This document shows positions 36,950 to 50,792 of a stretch of 64,000 bases of DNA, one piece after another. The DNA lies in assembly GCF_009914755.1 (NCBI RefSeq), contig NC_060929.1; one strand, 5' to 3'. A program made the translations under genes and the position numbers. Source of the stretch: the human T2T-CHM13v2.0 reference genome, Homo sapiens. The notes under the pieces were generated by a model that was not told the origin of the DNA, made no database searches, and saw only the letters and a program-made list of their open reading frames with translations. The first letter of the stretch is position 1; every line of letters begins with the position of its first letter.

Positions 36950-37975
36950 TCTTGCCTTTTATTCTTGATTGAATGGGTAATTTTAATCTTTCATTTCTCC
37001 CTCTTCTAGTTTGAAAACTGCACGTATTGTTTCTTTATGTGTTTATTCTAGGGATTTTTACCTAATATGCTTAAATTATCAAAGTCTAAGTTTAATCAAA
37101 ACCTTGCTCTTCCTTTCAACTGGAAAGATGGCCACTCATTGGTTTTACGAAAGCTGCCCATAAATGTAACAGGTAAATGTAGGTTTACAATAAAGTCTTG
37201 TCCATAAAAAAAAACGAGCTCTTTTCAAACTTTAATTCCATTTATTCCCCTCTTGACTTACGCTATTGTTATATTTTCAGTTCTACTAAAAAACTGACAT
37301 TATTATTACTCTTTTATACAATCAATATTCATGAATATAGGCTCAGTTTATTCCTTCCGACATCTCAGGTTTTACATCTGAAATTACTTTTCTTCTGCCT
37401 GAAGTACCGCCTTTAAATTAGTGCTGGTGAAGAACTCCCTTAGGTCTATAAATGTCTTTATTTTTACTCTATTCCTGAAAGATATTTTACTGAATATAGA
37501 CTTCTAGATTGGCAGTCATTTTCTTTTAGAACTTTGAAGATTTTTTCCATTATTATTAAGATTCTGTTGAGATACTGAGAAGTCAGCTGTCTAACATTCC
37601 TTTGTGTGTGATCTGTCTTTTCTTTTCTCTGGTTTCTTTCAGATTTTCTCTTTGTTGTTGATTTGCACCAATTTTACTATAATGTATTTTGTCTGAGATT
37701 TCTTTTAACTTGTCTGACTTGGGATATACTTGGTCTTCTTGAATCTCTGGATTGCTGTCTTTGATCAGTTCTTAAAAATCCTCAGATATCATCTTTTCAA
37801 ATATTGTCTCTAACTCTCTCTTTTCTTTTGTTTTGGTACTTCAATTTTAGATCTTGTCATTACATTTTCCACATTGCTTATTCTTCCCTGCATTTCATTA
37901 TTTTTCCTTTTTTTCCTTTTTTTTCCTTTTCTCTTCATACTGCATTTAGGATCATTTAGCCTGGTTTATCTTCTT
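36950..37975 (-). mobile_element. Ancient L1M/HAL1-like fragment (ORF1 region)
   Basis: AATGTCTTTATTTT..GAAAGATATTTT..GAATATAGACTTCTAGATTGGCAG..TGAGAAGTCAGCTGTC..CTTCTTGAATCT. Confidence 0.7.
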
Positions 37976-40294
37976 GGTACGTAATAGACATTCAGTAAAT
38001 TTTTGTTGAATGAAATGCAATATTGATGTTTTAAAAAATGTTATATGAAACTAGTGTTTTATAAGACCCATAATTTAAAAAGGCTGATCTGATATAATCC
38101 CTTCAATTTCTGTTGCACATACTAAGGTCTATAGTTAACTGACCTGGTCAAGACCATAGAACTAAAGAGTGTCATATCTGGCCCTAGAATTCAGATCTTA
38201 CCCTAAGTTCATTGTTCTTTGCAATTCACCACACGATTTCTCATTCTAATACAAAATATTACAATATAGGTGATGACAATATGAGTGAGAGATCTCCGTT
38301 ATTTTTCTTTGTGAGAAGTTATATTACTATTTGAGAAGTAACATCTATCCTCTATTGATGATCAATGAGAAGAAATAAATTTGGAAGCAAGGTAGGGAAG
38401 GGCAGTGAGTGGTTTGAGAAGTAACTAAGAAAGGCTTTGATAGCTTTCAATAAGATAATGACTTACTAGCTGAAGAGCCTTTAGGCAAATTAACATCTTC
38501 TCATTCATTCATTTCATAAAAGCTTCTCATGTGTGTATCAGGTCAAAGTAGTAGATTTACAATAAAGTCTTGGCTGTAATGAAGTGACAGAGAATATTTA
38601 GAGAATGGTAAGTAAGGACTTAGGCCAGTTCCTGAATAATTAGCCCTAAGATACAAGTCCAGTAGTTTGCTGGAAATAGACTCTTCCACATAAGTGAGAG
38701 CAAACCCAAAATTTGTTAAACGAGATCTGTGAATACCAGCTGTGGGGAGACATGAGTGATGAGGGAACATAGAAAAATAGAGAAAAGGCAAAATAAACTT
38801 GAACACCTGTAACAAAAAGTGTTTGTGGAAGTGGGGAGAGGGTGCAGAAATGAATTCTTATTAGTTATTAAGAAAATCCACATAATACCAGTATTTACAT
38901 ATGGATAAATCAATGTAATAGCCTAACAGCCTTTTATGAAAATTTGGATTAAATCATGTAAGTGACTTAGATTACAGTTTTGGGACATTTTGTATCCTTT
39001 TGGCTATTTGGACCCATTTTTGAGAGTAATATTTACTCGTATACTCAGTTTTCCCCACTTGTGTTAGTTCTCAATACTAACTATGGGATAATTTAAAAAT
39101 AAAAGAAAAAAGCTCTATTAACTGCGTATACTCACTTTCTTCTACCATAAGTTCTCTGGTTTTAAAACAGAAATCATTTTCATATATTTGTCCAGTTCCT
39201 CCCAATTGCCCTGTATAGTACATTGCTTCATCAAAACACAGTGCATAGCTATGTAATGATAACAAGAGGAAAAAAACTACTTTCCTGTTCTTCTCTCCTG
39301 GTAGCTTTGAAACAGTAACTATTTCTGTAATTGTTATCCTTCCTCCCCGTCAGGGCAAATTCATCAGTCCCAAGCTTTCATGTGACATGACCCTAAAATT
39401 AACTCTCCAGAGAGAAGATACTTTTCCCACTTAGAGAGCAAACAAAAATGACCAGTGGCAGGGGATGCTGGTGAGGGCAGCATCCAAAACTGGCCTTATC
39501 TACAGATACCCTGGCCATGTGCTTCCTGCCTTTACCCTCAAGGGACAAAACAAAGGATTCAGACCAATATATTTCCTCCTTCCTTTCACTGCAATGAATA
39601 ACACCATCCTAATCACAAAATGGTGAGATCTGACATGTTTTTGAAGATCCAACGTGTTCTTCTTAGTTCGCATTAAAACCATCTGTCAGCTTCTCTTGCT
39701 TTTTTGTCATGTGCCTGAAAAACCAATTATAATATCTACTAATACTTAAAGACCGTAAAATATTATTGATAAGAAATGGGAAAGAAGGACACTTAGTTGA
39801 ATATAGTCTCCATTCTTAACAGTGCAAAATGAAAGACAGCATTAAAAATCTGTTTAATTTTTATCAGCATAGAAAGTCAAACAAGAACATCCATCCCTTA
39901 GTGTGTATTTTTTTCCTTCCCCCTCCATTTCGTTTTGGTTATTTGGTTTGAATTACATCTGTTCTGTGGCTTGAAATTGATTCGGATATTTTTGTCTTGA
40001 ATTTTCCTACTTTGTTTGCTTACAACATAATTGATGTGCACTAAGAAGTGATTATTTGTCCAAACCATTTATCCAAAACCTTTTCTAAATGTAGAGATTA
40101 ATCTGGGAGCAGTTTTGAAATGAGCAACTTAGAAAGACCCATTTTTCAGACAACCTAGCATCTTTGGGTTGGTTATTTAACTTTATCTACTTTTTGATAT
40201 ATAATTTAGAGCTAATATCTTTCTAAAACAATGAATAAAGTTTCTTACAAAATATAAAATTAGCTAATACATTCATCAATTCAGTTATCCAATT

Positions 40295-41325
40295 ATCTAC
40301 CCATCCATCCCTCCATCTATTCATCCAAGCAACAAGCCATCCTATTAACAGATATTTATCACTAACATGCTAGGCACTGGGGATAAAGCAGCAAGCAAAA
40401 TAGAAAATAAGTCTGATTTCAGGGAGCTTAAATTCCAACAAGGGAAAACAAATGGTTAATCAATAATTAACCCATATAGTATGTCAGATAGCCATAGGTG
40501 TAACGGAGCAAAATTAAGTAGGGTGGGGGCTAGGGAGTTGTGATTTAAAATTGAGGAGGCAGGAAAGCCTTCACAAAAAGGTGGAATTTGAGCAAAGACC
40601 TAAAGAGGGTAAGGGAGAAAGCCACGCAAATATCTGGAAGCAAAGTGTTTCAACTGAGCATAGAGTCAGTGCAAATGTCCTGAGGCAGAAACGTGCCTGA
40701 CATATTCACGGAAAAGCCAGGAAGCCAGTATGGCTGGAGTGGTTATGAGGAAGGGCACAGTGGTAGAAGACGAGATCAAAGTATTCATGGGGATAATGAC
40801 ACTGGGCCTTGTGAACTGCTGAAAGGACTTAGGCTTTTATTCTGGATGAGATTGGGAACCACAGAAGATTAGGGGCAGAGGAGTAACATGATATGACCCA
40901 GGTTTTGGCTTCTGTATTGAGAAAATGCTGTATTGAAGTAGGAAGGAAGGGGGTAAAGGTGGAAGCAGAGAGGCTAGCTAGGAGGCTATTGACATTCTCT
41001 TGGACCAGGGTGGCCACAATAAAGTGGTGAGAAGTGGTAAATGCTGATTTGTTTATAGGGTAGAGACAGGTAGATTTTCTAAATATTTAGAAAGGAAAGA
41101 GAAGAGAAATGAAGCATGATTACAGGATTTGGCCTGAGGAATTTTATCAACAGAGCTGAGTTGGAGGGATGGGGTGGACTGTGGGAGGGCCAGTTTTGTA
41201 GGGAAGATATAGAAGTGGATGTTGGGCTGATGAGTTTGAGATGTATATATCTCATGCACTGAACGCCTAACTAGGAGCCAGACCACGATGAATCCTTGGA
41301 GGTGGGTAGGTGATGTGCAGAGATG
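40295..41325 (-). mobile_element. L2a, about 1 kb of 3' region
   Basis: CATCCATC-type tail; GCTAGGCACTGGGGATAAAGCAG; TTTGAGCAAAGACCTAAAG; GGACTTAGGCTTTTATTCTG; TAGGAGGCTATTG; TGAGTTTGAGATG. Confidence 0.88.
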
Positions 41326-42683
41326 ACTGAATGGCCAGCCAGCTTACTCCTGTGAGTAAGCTTACTTCTGTGAGTGCTAACTCCTCACAGAAGGAAACAG
41401 GTGTGAAGACAGGTAGCCACAACAGGAAGCAGACTAGTCTAGACTTCAGGAACACAGTGTTGCTTCTACCCAGAACATTCCTTTGGGATTGAAATAAATG
41501 GCCCTCTATATGGTTCAAACTCTTAATCACTTATTCAGCCTTCAGACTTGGCATAATCAATCTCACACCTCATCTGATTACAATCACTTTCTTGTTACCT
41601 TTAGCAATAAGACTGGAAGAGACCTTTATTGCCCTGCATACACTTGCAAACCACACTTGGATGGGTATGTGATTATATACCTCTTTGAAAAAAGTCTCAA
41701 GTGAAATCAAATCCTTCCACTGATGTCTCTGACCTTCACCTATTTTGTTCTATATGTTTTTGTCCAATCTTTTTGCCTGAGGCTGGGAATTGTGCAGGTT
41801 AATGTGTATCTTCACCAGCATGCTAACACAAATAAGTCATATTGCCACTATGCATAATTACGCAGTGATTTGATAAACAGCCCCATGAGTTTTCAGAACA
41901 ATGTCTTGACTAAGATTGATTTTGAATGAAATTAAGCGATATGAAGAATAATTGTTAAGGCAATTTAAAGTCAATATCTAAGACTAAATAAGCACCTATA
42001 AGAATTAAAATAATTGTGCTGGGGTAGTAAATTATACCACAAAGCACAAAGAAAAAATTATTTTTATTTTTTCAATATTTTTATTATTTAAAAATATATA
42101 GGAAAAAACCACCATCATAGTTCTATATTGGATTAATATAGTGGGCCTGCATGTTTGATTTTTTAAAAATCTGTCATTTAAACTACATTGCAAAGTTAGT
42201 GTACAACTTTTTTGTCATTTTTCCTTGCTTACTGCTATGCCTGCAGTTCAAGTGAGCTGACGATAGGGGCAAGTGAGTACCTTGTCCTAACAGTCAAGGA
42301 CATGAACTAAAGCCACTCAACTGGGCTTCTTTGGGTCCCCCACTCAGCTCAGTTTTTTCTGGGAAGAGCCTTAGATACAAAACAGGGAAAAGGATGCTAG
42401 CAGGGTAAAAGAATCTTTGGAAAGATGAAAAATTGGCCCCCAAAACAATGGTTGGATGATATTGATTGGGATGCAATGGAATGATATTCCTTTGGGTGAG
42501 AGGTTTAGCAGACATTCTTTTTGATCAACAATTTCATTTCCTGGAACCTCCAGAAAAAAGGTTAGGAGTAGAATTTGGGCAAGAGAGGGGAAAAAAATGG
42601 CATCTTTTTAGTTTGCTGGGGATCTTTTGTCCTGAGGGTTCTGGGGCATAGGGAGTGTGTTAGGTAGTGTTAGGGAGCCTGTG

Positions 42684-42731
42684 TGTGTATGTGTCTATGC
42701 TTGTGTATGTGTCTATACTTGTGTATGTGCC
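42684..42731. repeat. 18-bp tandem repeat (TGTGTATGTGTCTATRCT) x about 2.6
   Basis: Read directly. Confidence 0.85.
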
Positions 42732-42869
42732 TGCATAATGCTTAGAAAACAACATTGGCTTTGTAGACTCAAGGTACCAGGATAGGGTACACTGAAGAGA
42801 GAGAGAGAGAAATCAGGGTGCTGACCTCCTAAGGCTTGCTCCAGGCTCACACAGAGTGAACAACTGCTG

Positions 42870-43404
42870 TTTGTTTCCATACAGCACCTCTTCCCTCTTT
42901 TTTATTAACAGCACCCACTCACTTCCCCTGAGGAATTGTTCTTTCACTCTGTGATTCTGCAAGAATTGTCAATCGCAGACCCTTACCTCTCTGGTATAAT
43001 GAGTGGGACTGTGAACCAAGCTCATATAATCAAGGCTCTTCCCTGAAGTTGGAAGTTCTCTATTTTTGTTTGGACTGTTAGCTGCAAAAATATGACATCA
43101 AAGCAACCAGCTCCCTGACAATGTGGAGTAGAGCTAAGAGAATGAGGTTACCAAAGACCAGAGGTTGAGCTGAAAAATGTGTAGAAGCAGAGTAGATGAG
43201 ATCTGGAATAAGTGGCAACCAGAGAAGGTGAGTGTGGTTACCTTGTTTAAGTCTCATGATCCATTCATCCTGGGGACACACTATTCCTTCCTTTTCATGC
43301 TTTGGTTCTGTGATCCAGTAAATCACCTTTACAATTTTTTTAAAGCTTTAAATAGCTTAAAATTTGTTTCTGTTATTTTCAGCCAGATAATACAGATTAA
43401 TATA
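42870..43404 (+). mobile_element. Old MLT1 (K/L-like) LTR
   Basis: TAACAGCACCC; TGTGAACCAAGCT..AATCA; GAATGAGGTTACCAAAGA; TTTCTGTTATTTTCAGCC..ATTAATATA end. Confidence 0.6.
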
Positions 43405-43503
43405 GGGGAATGCATATTTTCTTCTTGAAGTCCTAGTCCGTATTTCCAATAGGACAGGTAAAAGAGAGAGAGATTGTGCATATGGCTAGAGGTTTTCTGT
43501 GTC

Positions 43504-43607
43504 TTTCCCTCCCTCCCTCCCTCCCTTCCTCCCTCCCTCCTTTCCTTCCTTCCTTCCTTCCTTCCTTCCTTCCTTCCTTCCTTCCATTCTTCCTCCTTCC
43601 TCTCTCC
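43504..43607. repeat. Polypyrimidine tract, (CCCT)n plus (TTCC)11
   Basis: Read directly; perfect TTCC run at 43542-43585. Confidence 0.95.
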
Positions 43608-43761
43608 TGCAATTGAGCATAAGAAGATGGAAGAGGGTTCAGAGCCCTACAAGAGGAGAAATGGTAATTAACTGAGCTAATAATGAAATTTACTGGAATT
43701 ACTAATAACAATTTAAACTTTAATGTCCAATTTAAGTGTGGATTTAATAAAGTGAAAATAG

Positions 43762-44165
<404 letters not shown>

Positions 44166-44569
44166 TTATTTATGAAAGCCTTATAATGTAGATGCATAAA
44201 TTGCATATACCTTATGACCTAGCTTAAGCAAAAAGACTTATTGACTCACATAACTGAAATGGTCCAAGACTGAAACTGTTTTTTGAAGGAACTTAATTCA
44301 GTACAAAAGTAATGCCATCAGGATCCATTTCTGAGTGAGAACATTTGTGTTGCATAACTCTTGATACATAGAAAACCAGCTGAGTGGTGTTTCCTTGGGT
44401 CTTGCAACCTCTTCTGCTTTTTATTTTTTTGTGATACTTCCCTTATTCTCAAACTTGCTAGTGGAGCCTGGAACTTAAGAATTATATAATTACAGCACTT
44501 ATTAAGAGAGTCTGTTTCCAGGATAGCGAAGCCAAAATTGAGTTTTATCAATTCTATGCAATTGTAAAA

Positions 44570-44682
44570 ACAGCTAAAGAGTATAGTTCCTTGAAGTCAG
44601 ATCATGCTGACTTTAAATCCTGGCCCTGCCATTTACTGGCTGTGTGAGTTTAGGTATGTCCTTGGCTTCTCTGAACCTCAGC
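44570..44682 (+). mobile_element. MIR fragment
   Basis: TTGAAGTCAGA..TTTAAATCCTGGCCCTGCCATTTACTGGCTGTGTGA..TCTCTGAACCTCAG. Confidence 0.8.
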
Positions 44683-45994
44683 GATGGCCTGTACCTTCCT
44701 GCTAAAATTTAGTACAGAAATTTTCTACCAGAAATGGAAATTATATAACCTAATTTGCTTCCTGTGTTTTTCAGAGAGACCAAAAGCCAATACTTCAGTT
44801 CAGGACTGCAATATATTTAACTCAGAAAACATAATGCCTTAATTCTTCCGTTGAACTCAGATGGAGTGCTTTTTTTTTTTTTTTTTTCCTTTTTTCATCT
44901 TTAAATTACTTTTGGAATTTATGGTTAGTGGTAGCCAGACTACAATCTTATTGCAAGGGAAAGGTTATGGTCACGGGACTTTTGTTTGAGACTTCCCTCT
45001 GATGGTCTTTCTTAAAGTAGAAAGAGGTTTCATGGAGTTTTTATTAATTAATTTTAAACTTTTCTCCTTTCATCAAAATCTTCATTTTTTTGTGTAATTA
45101 AAGCTCTTATGAAAAGTTGTAATATTGATTTCCATTGTGCTCAAGTTTCATTTTAAAGGATCACTGCCTTTCTCCCCCCACAGATTTTTAACTTCCTTAA
45201 GTATACATAAATAGTAACTATGTATTAAAACCCAGACTCACATTTAGCCTGTGTGAAATTATATACATGAAAGGATGTTTACTATCTCCTTGCCCTTCCA
45301 ACCTCTCTAATCTTCACCTCCTGCCCTATAGACATTTTTACCTGTCCTAACCTGACTTGGGATATCTTTGATGCTCATGGTCTGACTGGGCAAGTGTCAT
45401 AATAGGTAGTAATACTTCTTTTGATATGACTATCAGAAAGGGATACTTAGCACAAACACATATGCTCTTAGAATCTACTTCTGGAAAATTAGAGGCAATT
45501 TAGAGTTTGTCATCACAGACTGCTTTAAACTTATTTTGGGTTATGTGAACACACACTTATCAACAAGGCTGAAATACCCTAAACTCACTGTGAAACTGAA
45601 AACTGGCAGAAAATTTATGTAGTTCAGAGAGGAAGACAGTTGCTGCCCTCTGAGATATCCTAGTGCACAAACTCCTCTGAGAATCCAGTCCTATGAGCTT
45701 GAAAGATTATCTTTTATAGTCAGAAGTAAGATGTAATGATATAAAAGGAGGAACTCCTTAGACATCATCCCTCCCTTTTGATAGAATTCTTCACTGATTC
45801 CTATATTGCACAACTTTAAAACCACTCACAGCCCACTGTGGGAAACAGGAGTGGCTTCAAGTAAGAAGTGGTAGGTGCTTGATGTTAGATCTTGAGGAGA
45901 AGGCTTAGAGGTACGATGAGAGATGTCCCCAAATATTTAGTGGGTTGGCAGGTGAAGCATGTTCCCAAGAAGTGAATTGGAAGTGGAATCATCA

Positions 45995-46112
45995 GATGGC
46001 AGATTTTTATAGGGGAGCATAATTGGACTCAGTTTAATGAGAAATTTCCTAAGAATTGTAGCTGCTCAACAAAGGAACAGGTTTCCCTGAGGTGTTCAAG
46101 TGAGGGCTGTAG
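45995..46112 (+). mobile_element. L3/CR1 fragment
   Basis: GAGAAATTTCCTAAGAATTGTAGCTGCTCAACAAAGGAACAG..GAGGTGTTCAAG. Confidence 0.5.
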
Positions 46113-46439
46113 AATATTATTCAGGTTACAGAGTAAGAGATATAACTTCACGCCCCAATTCCTGAAGTTATTGGGCTCTTAGAATGCCCTAAAAATAAGG
46201 AAGCACACATAATTTCTTGGTCCGGTTGAACACACTGAGACTCTGCATTGTTAAGGAAATCTTTCATCCTGCCCCAGTCCCAGAACCACCTCCATGCATT
46301 TTTAATTTTCCAGAGTAGAGTATAAACACTCAAAAGGGCATGGGGGACTTGTAGGAAGGAAACATAAGTGAGCAAAGTGGGCTGGATGGGAGCTGGGGCG
46401 AAAGAGCCAAAACTTGTTTAAAAGTGCATGCACCTACAG

Positions 46440-46659
46440 CTTCTCTTTGCCATGTGGAAAATGAGACCTAATATTTCCAGATCTACTGGTTTCAAGGAAA
46501 TCAGGAAATTGATATTTTAGATGGGAAAGCCCTTGAGTTTTCAAATGTTGGCAACTAAAAGCATTTAAGAACACAGTGTGAGATCAGGGGTGGGAGAATT
46601 CAAACAAAACTGATCTGCAAATCAAATTCAGCCCTCAGGCCACCTCCTTGTGACATCTG
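46440..46659. mobile_element. MER102 (hAT-Charlie) fragment
   Basis: GCCATGTGGAAAATG..TTCCAGATCT..AAATGTTGGCAACTAA..CAAACAAAAC..TTGTGACATCTG. Confidence 0.75.
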
Positions 46660-46949
46660 GAATGAGCAAAGAGATAAGAAAATTAATGAATAAATAACTA
46701 TCTGGTCACAGATGAGAACACAGATGAAAATTCATGATTTCTGAGTCACGTATCACTAACTTTGTCATGGCTTGTGCCATGTAATGACTCAGTCATGGGG
46801 CTTTGGTCTACTAAACATATTCGCTGTCCTCACAGCAGTACAGATATCTCAAGAGGCAATATGGCAATGTAAAATTATTCTAGATACATGCTATAATCTG
46901 GGCTCTTGTGAATACCATTGTCAACAGTGTGCCATATTGGAGGTATAAT

Positions 46950-47165
46950 GCGATAGTGGAGTTGGAGAGACCTGAGTAATATCCCAGTGTCCCACTCACC
47001 AGCAGGTGACCTTGGGAAAGTCAGTTAATGTGCCTGTATCTTAGGTTCTAGGTTTGGAAAATGGGGAAACTGACCCCTATTTCATAAGGTGGTTGTGGGT
47101 TTGAGTAGAAGGAGGCATAAGAAACACCCAGCAGAGGGCTGGGAACAAAGCTGGAACTCAAGGAA
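46950..47165 (+). mobile_element. MIR
   Basis: CCACTCACCAGCAGGTGACCTTGGGAAAGTCAGTTAA..AAAATGGGGA..CATAAGGTGGTTGTG. Confidence 0.78.
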
Positions 47166-49214
47166 ATTACTTTCCTAGATCCTTCTCCAGACTCTCTACC
47201 TCACTCATTAAAAATGACTTTTGTTAATGAGTATAAACGATACTCTAAGTTTATTCAGGACAGACAAACAAATAAATGAAGAAAACATGCAAACAACAAA
47301 CATAACCAATATAACTGACAACCTTCAATCCATAGTACAAGATGTGCAAAAGAATACTTAATGCATGTGAAAAGTGACAAATTGAGGAGGGGCTTTTGTT
47401 TATGACATTTGTGTGTCATGAGCCTTGCACTCCCCCAGGATATAAAGTCCCAGAGTCAGAACCAGGCTTGTCCAGTGCCAAGTGCCTTCTTAGAGTGAGT
47501 ACACTTAAAATCCCTTGGCTTCACATTGGTTGGTGTGTGTCCAACCACAAGAAACACAAATGACAGGGATGCTGCCCATCAGAGGACACTCTGCTCTTGA
47601 TATTTCATATCCTGCCATTCCATGAGATGCTCCTAACATCGCAGAGAAAGGCTACAGGTGGAGTTTAGCTAGCTGGGGATTACATTTGCTCACAAATGTC
47701 TACTTTTGAAACTGTGAAAGAGGGAAATTTCATTACGGTAGAAATTTCATTTGGGACCCTTTGGGGCCCACATTGTCATGCTTTGTGTTTTACAGGCCTA
47801 TGCCACCCTGGCAGCTGTTACTGAGCATTCTTTGCTGAACTTCCATCTTCATGTCTACAGAAAATGTCCAGAACTGCATACTTTTTCTTTCTAGTCCAAG
47901 ATGAGTCAGCCAGGCACCTGCTGGCTAGAATTTCATCCTGAGTGGCTCAGAATCCAGGTGCTTACAGGGTTACCATTGAGAATACATCACTTTCTGGGAC
48001 ACTTTGGGGGAATTGTTGTTTTGTGCAATCAGTTTCCTATCAATGGTCTGTGAAGATATTTGAAAATTATTTAAGATACACTTACCCTCTTTTCTTCATT
48101 GCACTGCCCACCTCTTAAATACGATCCTAAAATTCAATAGTGCATTGAACAAATGATCTCAGGAAGTGACAGTGATGCTAGTGGAATCTGCTTTCTTCCT
48201 TCTGTACTCAGAGAAAAATGGGTGTTGTTTCACACCCACGTATAGGAGTCATGGCTGGGTTCCATTGCACACCATATAACCTACAACACGTGTGGTTACA
48301 AACACAGATCATTGTTTCCACCACAAAAAGAACTACACCAATCAACATTTATTCTGCAAGTTGTGGGGAAATGAATGTTCATTGTTCAGAATCTGGGAAG
48401 AGGTGGAAAAAGAGGATTTAACTACTTTTCTTTCATAGAATTAGAACAGCCTTTATGGAGAAAGTAGGTGTGTACATATTCTTTAAAATAAAGAGAAAAT
48501 AAATCTTGGTCATGAGCTTTTAAAAAGTTAGAAAGTGGAAAGAAAATGTTGACATAGTCATCACCCAGTACACCTCATTCGCCCTCTCACCTCCCAGAGC
48601 TAAGAGAGACTCTGAGCCTCGGGTTGCTTACGGAGCTCTGGAAAGCAGGATTCCAGAGCTAGCACTCAGGCTTTCCATTTGGAAAGTTGCTTAAAATCTA
48701 GTGGGATCAAAGCTCCCTTAATATGACAATGTAAGGTCTTCTGCTCCTAATATGACACTTTCTGGGTTCTCTGAACAGGGGATACTCTAGTTGGGATTCA
48801 GACTTCTACTGACTGAGGTCTGGTAAATTGCTCCTACTGAAAGTCTGACAGCACCCATTAATGTAAAGCAATTCCTAGTCACCATGTTTAGGTAAAGGTG
48901 TTATTCAATAGATTCTTTACTCTTTCCTCTTTATGATGTTATTTTCACACAAATTTCATTTCACATTTATAATTGATCCCTCCTTAATTTCCCCCCATTA
49001 TGTCAAAAAATTTCAAATGTTTCTCTTACTTGTTTAATTCCTTCTTTATTTCGATGATATTTCTTTTACTTCAAAGATTGTTCACCATTTTGGTATTAGT
49101 CTTTATATGTATAAGTACCTTATGTCCATGGGGAACAATGATCTACATTCAAATGTCTTCTCATATTTTTAATTTCTTTATAAGACTATAAGATAAGAAA
49201 GAAAATAGTCAAAT

Positions 49215-50295
49215 TTGACATTGTCTCTTCTCCCTCCAAACAAAGCAGAATCCATTTCCTAGGTCTACAAACCCAGTTCTCCTTTGTTTTTTCCCAGGTT
49301 CAATGAATAGCAACCACCAGTCACCAAGTTACCATAGATAGAATCACCCAAGCTTGACACCTCTCCCTTATTCTCCAGATCCAATGCGTACCCAAGTGCT
49401 GCACTATACACACTCCCGAGGATCTCATATCCACCCCCTCTGCTGCCACTGCTCCAATTTACTCACTCTATTTCAGCTGCCTCCTGCTTCTGATCTCACC
49501 TCCTCCATTCATTCAATAAGGATTTATGAGATTTTACTGTGAAGTATGTTGGGTATACATTATGTTGAGTAAGACCAACATGGTCAGTACCTTAATTAAC
49601 TTTATAGTGTTGTAGGGGGGAGAAATGTGAATAAAATGATCAAAAAACAGAATCTCAGCTGCTATACTAATTTTTCCAAAATGCAAATCTCTTCTTAGTG
49701 CTTGACATCCCTTGGTATCTTCCCATTTTCTTTAGGATGAAAATCTTAAACTTAGTGAGGCATCCCAGGCAGGTCCTTCACACCCTGATCCCTAAGTGTC
49801 CTTCCAGTCTTCTCCCTTGACACCACCATCTTCCCACACTCCCAACACCTCAGCAATTCACTGAACAGGCCATATCAGGTCACAGCTGCATGCCTTTGTT
49901 CATGCTCTATCTTCTGCTTGGATGTTCTTCTCTCTCCACTCCTCTCACTCAGGACCCCATCCTCTCTGCCAGGCTAAACTAAGTTCATTTCCCCAAACTC
50001 AACTCAAGCATGAACTCTACTTTTTGAAAATATTCTTGCCATCCTCTTACTGGCCTTGTCTCTTCACAGGTGACATTGATCTACCCTAATTCCCCTCTGT
50101 ACTTTATTTAGACTTTAACTCACCACTACAACACTTAATTGCACTTACATGTTCTTATGAGCATCTTATTCACTAAATTAGAAATGCCTTGGAATCACAG
50201 AAGCTGTTTTATTCAGTATCTCTGTATATTCAGGCCAGATCTTATGTTTGTCCAATGGTAAATAGTTAATTGCAAATGAATATGTGAATGAGTAA
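49215..50295 (+). mobile_element. L2 fragments (with a short opposite-strand L2 piece near 49505-49650)
   Basis: TCAATGAATAGCAACCACCAGTCACCAAGTT; AAAATGCAAATCT; GCCTTTGTTCATGCT..TTCTGCTTGGATG; TGAATATGTGAATGAG tail. Confidence 0.7.
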
Positions 50296-50589
50296 GTACA
50301 GATTTACTGAGATTTATTGAGTGCTTGTTCTGTACACTGTTCTAAATATTTTAAATGCTTTTAATCTGGCTAAAAACTCAAAAGTAAGTTTCCATTAACA
50401 GATGAGGTAACCAAATTAAAGATGATTTGGATAATTTTTCCAACCTTACACATATTGTAAGGGATGGAGCTTAGACATAAGTAGGGAAAAATGACTGAGA
50501 GATTGCATAACCGGATGCGTGAATTCAAAAAAGTTAAAATAACTTCATGTGATTTCGTTGTTCTTTTTTGTCATCCTGGAGGGAATGAT

Positions 50590-50792
50590 TTGTAGTTTGG
50601 ACTGCTCTGAATCTAACCAACTAGAATTTTGAGCAAAGTGTCTGGTCTTAATTTTTTCATTTGTGAGAAGGGGATCCTGGAGTACTTCTCTCGTAGAGTT
50701 ATGGAGAGGATTAAAGGAGGTAACCCATGTAAAGTGCTTAATATGTTATCAGGCATGTGGTAAGTGCTTAATAAATGATGTCAATTGCTCTT
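50590..50792 (+). mobile_element. MIR
   Basis: GAGGATTAAAGGAGGTAACCCATGTAAAGTGCTTA..GGCATGTGGTAAGTGCTTAATAAATG. Confidence 0.82.

Noticed and set aside
44750-44830. Acceptor-like TTCCTGTGTTTTTCAG
   Set aside because: No matching strong donor or coding frame; such sites are frequent in T-rich DNA
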